Assembly: GCA_964540565.1 (NCBI GenBank)
Contig: CAZINB010000004.1
Coordinates: forward strand, 862 to 64,861
DNA from: an uncultured Faecalimonas sp.
GTDB taxonomy: Bacteria; Bacillota; Clostridia; Lachnospirales; Lachnospiraceae
DNA length: 64,000 nt
Direction: 5' to 3'
Of this stretch, positions 59,833 to 64,000 are shown one piece after another. The notes under the pieces are model-generated. The model was not told where the DNA came from, searched no databases, and saw nothing but the letters and a program-made list of their open reading frames with translations. Both the position numbers and the translations under genes were made by a program. Every line of letters begins with the position of its first letter. Positions within the stretch are counted from its first letter, which is position 1.

Positions 59833-61269
59833 ATGTATGATGTAATTATTATCGGAGGCGGTGTGTCAGGTGCTGCTTCTGCAAGAGAATTATCTCGTTA
59901 TAAAGTAAATGTATGCGTATTAGAAAAAGAAGACGATGTTTGCTGTGGTACATCAAAAGCAAACAGCGCAATTGTGCATGCGGGATTTGATGCTGCAAAT
60001 GGTTCGTTGATGGCAAAATTAAACGTACGTGGAAATGAAATGATGGAAGCACTTTCAAAAGAATTAGATTTTCCATTCAAAAGAAATGGCTCTCTTGTTA
60101 TTTGCCGCGCAGAAGAAGATATGCCAAACTTGGAAGCACTTTATGAAAGAGGTGTAAAGAATGGCGTAAAAGATCTTCGAATTATTTACAAAGATGAATT
60201 ATTGGAAATGGAACCAAATATTTCAGAAGAATGCTATGCTGCACTTTATGCACCAACAGGTGGAATTGTTTGTCCATTCCATTTGAATATCGCGTTAGCT
60301 GAAAATGCAAATGTAAATGGTGTTGATTTCAAATTTAATACAGAAGTTCTCGATATCAAGAAAATAGACGGAGGATTTGAATTAGTTACAAATCAAGGCT
60401 CCTTTGAAACAAAATATGTTGTCAATGCAGCTGGTGTGTATGCAGACAAGTTCCATAATATGGTAAGCGAAAAGAAAATTCACATTACACCAAGACGAGG
60501 AGATTATTGTCTTCTTGATAAGACAGCGGGAAATCATGTTAGCAAAACAATCTTTGCTCTACCAAGTAAATTAGGAAAAGGAATTTTAGTATCCCCTACA
60601 ATTCATGGGAACCTATTACTTGGTCCTACTGCAGTTGATATTGAAGATAAAGAAGGAACAAATACAACAGCAGCTGGGTTAGCAGATGTTATTTCAAAAG
60701 CAGGATTAAATGTGAAAGACATTCCATATCGTCAAGTAATCACATCTTTTGCAGGACTTCGTGCACATGAAGATAATCACGAATTTATTATTGGTGAAGT
60801 GGAAGATGCAAAAGGATTTATTGACTGTGCAGGTATTGAATCACCAGGTTTGACAAGTGCACCAGCAATTGGTGAGATGGTAGCAAATATTTTGAAAGAT
60901 TTGATGGGATTAGAAGAAAAAGAAGATTTCATCGCAACTAGAAAAAATATTTTAAATCCAGAAAACTTATCTTTAGAAGAAAGAAAAGCATTAATCAAAG
61001 AAAACCCAGCATACGGAAATATTATTTGCCGCTGTGAAATGATTACAGAAGGTGAAATCGTTGATGCAATCAGACGTCCTCTTGGAGCACGCTCCTTAGA
61101 TGCAGTAAAACGTAGAACAAGAGCAGGTATGGGACGTTGCCAATCAGGTTTCTGTTCACCAAGAACGATGGAAATTCTAGCAAGAGAATTAGGAGTTGAT
61201 ATGTCTGAGATTACAAAGACAGGAAAAGGCTCTGAAATTATTGTGGGAATCAACAAAGATCGTTTATAA
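59833..61269 (+). CDS. FAD-dependent glycerol-3-phosphate dehydrogenase/oxidase-like protein with a BFD-like [2Fe-2S] domain
   Basis: DVIIIGGGVSGAA dinucleotide fold; C-terminal CRCEMITEGEIVDAI...GRCQSGFC. Confidence 0.8.
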   Translation: MYDVIIIGGGVSGAASARELSRYKVNVCVLEKEDDVCCGTSKANSAIVHAGFDAANGSLMAKLNVRGNEMMEALSKELDFPFKRNGSLVICRAEEDMPNLEALYERGVKNGVKDLRIIYKDELLEMEPNISEECYAALYAPTGGIVCPFHLNIALAENANVNGVDFKFNTEVLDIKKIDGGFELVTNQGSFETKYVVNAAGVYADKFHNMVSEKKIHITPRRGDYCLLDKTAGNHVSKTIFALPSKLGKGILVSPTIHGNLLLGPTAVDIEDKEGTNTTAAGLADVISKAGLNVKDIPYRQVITSFAGLRAHEDNHEFIIGEVEDAKGFIDCAGIESPGLTSAPAIGEMVANILKDLMGLEEKEDFIATRKNILNPENLSLEERKALIKENPAYGNIICRCEMITEGEIVDAIRRPLGARSLDAVKRRTRAGMGRCQSGFCSPRTMEILARELGVDMSEITKTGKGSEIIVGINKDRL

Positions 61270-61286
61270 GAAGAGGAGGCAGAAAT

Positions 61287-62549
61287 ATGAAATCATATGA
61301 TATTGTAATCGTAGGAGGAGGTCCAGCAGGTCTTGCCGCTGCCGCTTCTGCAAAGGAAAATGGCATTGATAGTATTTTAATTCTTGAAAGAGATAAAGAA
61401 TTAGGTGGTATTTTAAATCAATGTATTCATAATGGATTTGGGTTACATACATTTAAAGAAGAGTTAACTGGTCCTGAATATGCAGGAAGATTTATCGATA
61501 AAGTGAAAGCACTTGATATCGAATACATGTTAAATACAATGGTTATGGACATTTCGAAAGAAAAAGTTGTAACAGCTATGAATCGAGAAGAAGGATTATT
61601 TGAAATTCAAGCAAAAGCAATTATTCTTGCTATGGGATGTCGTGAACGCCCTCGTGGAGCTTTGAATACACCAGGATATCGTCCAGCAGGTATTTTCTCA
61701 GCTGGTACAGCACAACGTCTTGTAAATATGGAAGGCTATTTACCAGGACGTGAAGTTGTTATTCTTGGATCTGGTGATATTGGACTGATCATGGCTCGCC
61801 GTATGACATTAGAAGGTGCAAAAGTAAAAGTTGTTGCAGAATTAATGCCATATTCAGGAGGGCTAAAGAGAAATATCGTTCAATGTTTAGATGACTTTGG
61901 AATTCCATTGAAATTAAGTCATACAGTAGTTGACATTGATGGAAAAGAAAGAGTGAAAGGTGTTACTCTTGCACAAGTAGATGAAAGAAATAAACCAATT
62001 CCAGGAACAGAAGAATACATTCCATGTGATACATTGTTATTATCTTGCGGTTTAATTCCTGAAAATGAATTATCAAGAGGATTGAACCTTGATATGGAAA
62101 TGGTAACAAATGGTCCAGTTGTAAATGAAAGCTTAGAAACAAGTATGGAAGGTGTATTTGCTTGTGGTAACGTACTTCATGTACATGACTTGGTTGACTT
62201 TGTTTCTGAAGAAGCAGCTATGGCAGGGAAAAATGCAGTACGATATATCAAAGGGGAAACAGAACGAGATGCAGCTCGTATTGATATTGTTCCTACAGCA
62301 GGCGTTCGTTATACAGTGCCTAAATTTATCAGACCAGATAATATGGAAGATAATTTGACAGTTCGTTTCCGTGTAGGCGGTGTTTATAAGAATTGTTATG
62401 TTGCTACATATTTTGGAGAGGAATGTGTTATGAGAAGAAAACGTCCAGTTGTAGCACCAGGAGAAATGGAAGAAATTAAGTTATCAAAAGCAAAATTAGC
62501 GGAATATCCAGATCTTAAGACAATTACCGTGAAAATCGAGGAGGCGTAA
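61287..62549 (+). CDS. FAD/NAD(P)-dependent pyridine nucleotide-disulfide-type oxidoreductase (glp-associated)
   Basis: Two Rossmann motifs (DIVIVGGGPAGLAAA; VVILGSGDIGL). Confidence 0.8.
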   Translation: MKSYDIVIVGGGPAGLAAAASAKENGIDSILILERDKELGGILNQCIHNGFGLHTFKEELTGPEYAGRFIDKVKALDIEYMLNTMVMDISKEKVVTAMNREEGLFEIQAKAIILAMGCRERPRGALNTPGYRPAGIFSAGTAQRLVNMEGYLPGREVVILGSGDIGLIMARRMTLEGAKVKVVAELMPYSGGLKRNIVQCLDDFGIPLKLSHTVVDIDGKERVKGVTLAQVDERNKPIPGTEEYIPCDTLLLSCGLIPENELSRGLNLDMEMVTNGPVVNESLETSMEGVFACGNVLHVHDLVDFVSEEAAMAGKNAVRYIKGETERDAARIDIVPTAGVRYTVPKFIRPDNMEDNLTVRFRVGGVYKNCYVATYFGEECVMRRKRPVVAPGEMEEIKLSKAKLAEYPDLKTITVKIEEA

Positions 62550-62553
62550 AATA

Positions 62554-62919
62554 ATGGAAAAAAGAGATTTGATTTGTATTAGATGTCCTTTAGGATGTAT
62601 GCTTGCGGTAGAAATGGAAAATGGAGAAGTCGTTAGTGTTACAGGTAATACATGTCCAAGAGGAAAAGCTTACGCAGAAAAAGAAGTGACAAATCCAACA
62701 AGAATTGTAACTTCAACTGTAAAAGTTGCAGGAGGAGACAGAGTATCAGTAGCTTGTAAAACAAAAGATGATATTCCAAAAGATAAAATTTTTGATGTTG
62801 CAAGAGCATTGAAAGATGTCGTTGCACAAGCACCAGTTGCAATTGGTGATGTACTAGTAGAAAATGTTGCAGGAACTGGAGTAGAAATCGTGGCTACTTC
62901 TCATGCAGATGTGAAATAA
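62554..62919 (+). CDS. DUF1667-domain protein (glp-associated, Cys-rich)
   Basis: CIRCPLGC...GNTCPRG motif pattern; third gene of a triad that I recall as conserved in Clostridia. Confidence 0.75.
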   Translation: MEKRDLICIRCPLGCMLAVEMENGEVVSVTGNTCPRGKAYAEKEVTNPTRIVTSTVKVAGGDRVSVACKTKDDIPKDKIFDVARALKDVVAQAPVAIGDVLVENVAGTGVEIVATSHADVK

Positions 62920-62930
62920 GATGATGAATA

Positions 62931-62959
62931 AAGAGGGTGGACTTTCCACCCTCTTTTTG
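62931..62959 (+). terminator. Rho-independent terminator
   Basis: AAGAGGGTGGA-CTT-TCCACCCTCTT followed by TTTGTG. Confidence 0.85.
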
Positions 62960-62999
62960 TGTATAATAAAAAAGATAAAAAACAGAAAGGGAAGAGTCG

Positions 63000-64000
63000 A
63001 TGAGTAAAGTACTTGTAGTAGGTGGCGGTGCTGCGGGAATGTTTGCAGCAATTTTTGCGGCGTATAATGGAAATGAAGTACATTTATATGAGAAAAATGA
63101 AAAGTTAGGAAAGAAGATATATATTACTGGAAAAGGAAGATGTAATATTACAAATGCGAGTGACATGGAAACATTGTTTGCATCGGTTGTAACGAATTCT
63201 AAATTCTTGTTCAGTAGTTTTTATGGATATACAAATCAAGATGTGATTGATTTTTTTGAGCGCATAGGAGTAAAAACGAAAGTAGAAAGAGGAAATCGTA
63301 TTTTCCCTGTTTCAGACCATTCATCGGATGTCATTGCAGGACTTACAAGAGAGCTCCACAATTTGGGAGTAGAAATTCATCTTCATACGGCTGTAAAAAA
63401 AGTCGTCGGAAAAGAATCTTTTGAATATATTGAATTAGCAAATGGACAAAAAGTTTATGGAGATGCTTGTATAGTTGCAACAGGCGGATTTTCATATCAA
63501 ACAACAGGATCAAATGGTGACGGATACAAATTTGCAAAAGCATTAGGACATACTGTGACAGATATTCGTCCGGCATTAGTACCTTTGGTAATTAAAGAAT
63601 GGTATGCGAAGGAATTACAAGGCTTATCTCTTCGCAATGTAGAAGCTACGATTTATGATGGCAAGAAAAAGTTATATCATGATTTTGGAGAAATGCTATT
63701 TACCCATTATGGTGTAAGTGGTCCGTTGATGTTAAGTGCAAGCAGTTACATTGGAAAGAAATTACAGGACAAACAGTTACAGTTGGAAATTGATTTAAAA
63801 CCAGCGCTTTCTGTAGAACAATTAGATCAAAGAGTCCTTCGCGATTTTGAAGAAAATATGAATAAGCAGTTTAAAAATGCGATTGGAAAATTATTCCCAT
63901 CAAAATTGATTCCGGTAATGCTGGAATTAAGTGGAATTGATCCAGAAAAGAAGGTGAATTTAATTTCCAAAGAAGAAAGACAGCAGTTTGTACATTTGAT
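63000..64000 (+). CDS. NAD(P)/FAD-dependent oxidoreductase, HI0933/YhiN family, 3'-truncated by the window edge
   Basis: ATG 63000; open to the window end. Translation MSKVLVVGGGAAGMFAAIFAA...LGKKIYITGKGRCNITN carries the family-typical GxGxxG and GKGRCN motifs. Confidence 0.8.
   Translation, partial: MSKVLVVGGGAAGMFAAIFAAYNGNEVHLYEKNEKLGKKIYITGKGRCNITNASDMETLFASVVTNSKFLFSSFYGYTNQDVIDFFERIGVKTKVERGNRIFPVSDHSSDVIAGLTRELHNLGVEIHLHTAVKKVVGKESFEYIELANGQKVYGDACIVATGGFSYQTTGSNGDGYKFAKALGHTVTDIRPALVPLVIKEWYAKELQGLSLRNVEATIYDGKKKLYHDFGEMLFTHYGVSGPLMLSASSYIGKKLQDKQLQLEIDLKPALSVEQLDQRVLRDFEENMNKQFKNAIGKLFPSKLIPVMLELSGIDPEKKVNLISKEERQQFVHL

Noticed and set aside
60777-61256. 159-aa minus-strand ORF
   Set aside because: It is antisense to the G3P dehydrogenase-like gene and has no RBS or recognisable motif, so it is a shadow ORF.

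Overview
Chromosomal segment from a low-GC, spore-forming Firmicute (class Clostridia; spo0A is present; the taxon cannot be named without a database search). I count about 59 protein genes, and all but four are on the + strand, which suggests leading-strand core chromosome. I found no tRNA or rRNA genes, CRISPR arrays, IS elements, integrases or phage genes. Order of content: (1) a glycoside-utilisation locus with GH2 (5'-truncated), a divergent AraC regulator, a GPH symporter and GH3; (2) a MerR / aldo-keto reductase / iron-sulfur flavoprotein module; (3) a three-gene cassette (GPH/MFS transporter, M20 peptidase, ATC-hydrolase-like) bracketed by two near-identical terminator hairpins; (4) pstSCAB-phoU-phoPR with Pho-box-like repeats; (5) an AI-2E transporter, a second iron-sulfur flavoprotein, and DUF3793 plus flavodoxin; (6) a fused MacB-type ABC protein with a very large extracytoplasmic insert, a TPR multi-domain protein, an ABC-F ATPase, a MATE exporter and a two-component system; (7) spo0A, glgA, metF and a split metH, a 43-aa membrane peptide, alaS, rpsU, scpAB and a DD-carboxypeptidase; (8) a biotin-dependent Na+-decarboxylase cluster carrying two different carboxyltransferases; (9) an M24 peptidase; (10) an orphan 63-aa acidic peptide with six Cys, built of three tandem 16-aa units and divergent from ahpC plus a stand-alone AhpF N-terminal domain; (11) a cell-wall-sorted 5'-nucleotidase; (12) glpK-glpF and a three-gene anaerobic glycerol-3-phosphate dehydrogenase-like set; (13) a YhiN-type flavoprotein (3'-truncated). 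The most unusual element is the tandem-repeat Cys peptide at 53356-53547, which I cannot assign to any family I know. All family calls rest on motifs read from the translations and on gene context; no similarity search was possible. Several ORF-track starts were moved to downstream ATGs that have Shine-Dalgarno sequences.
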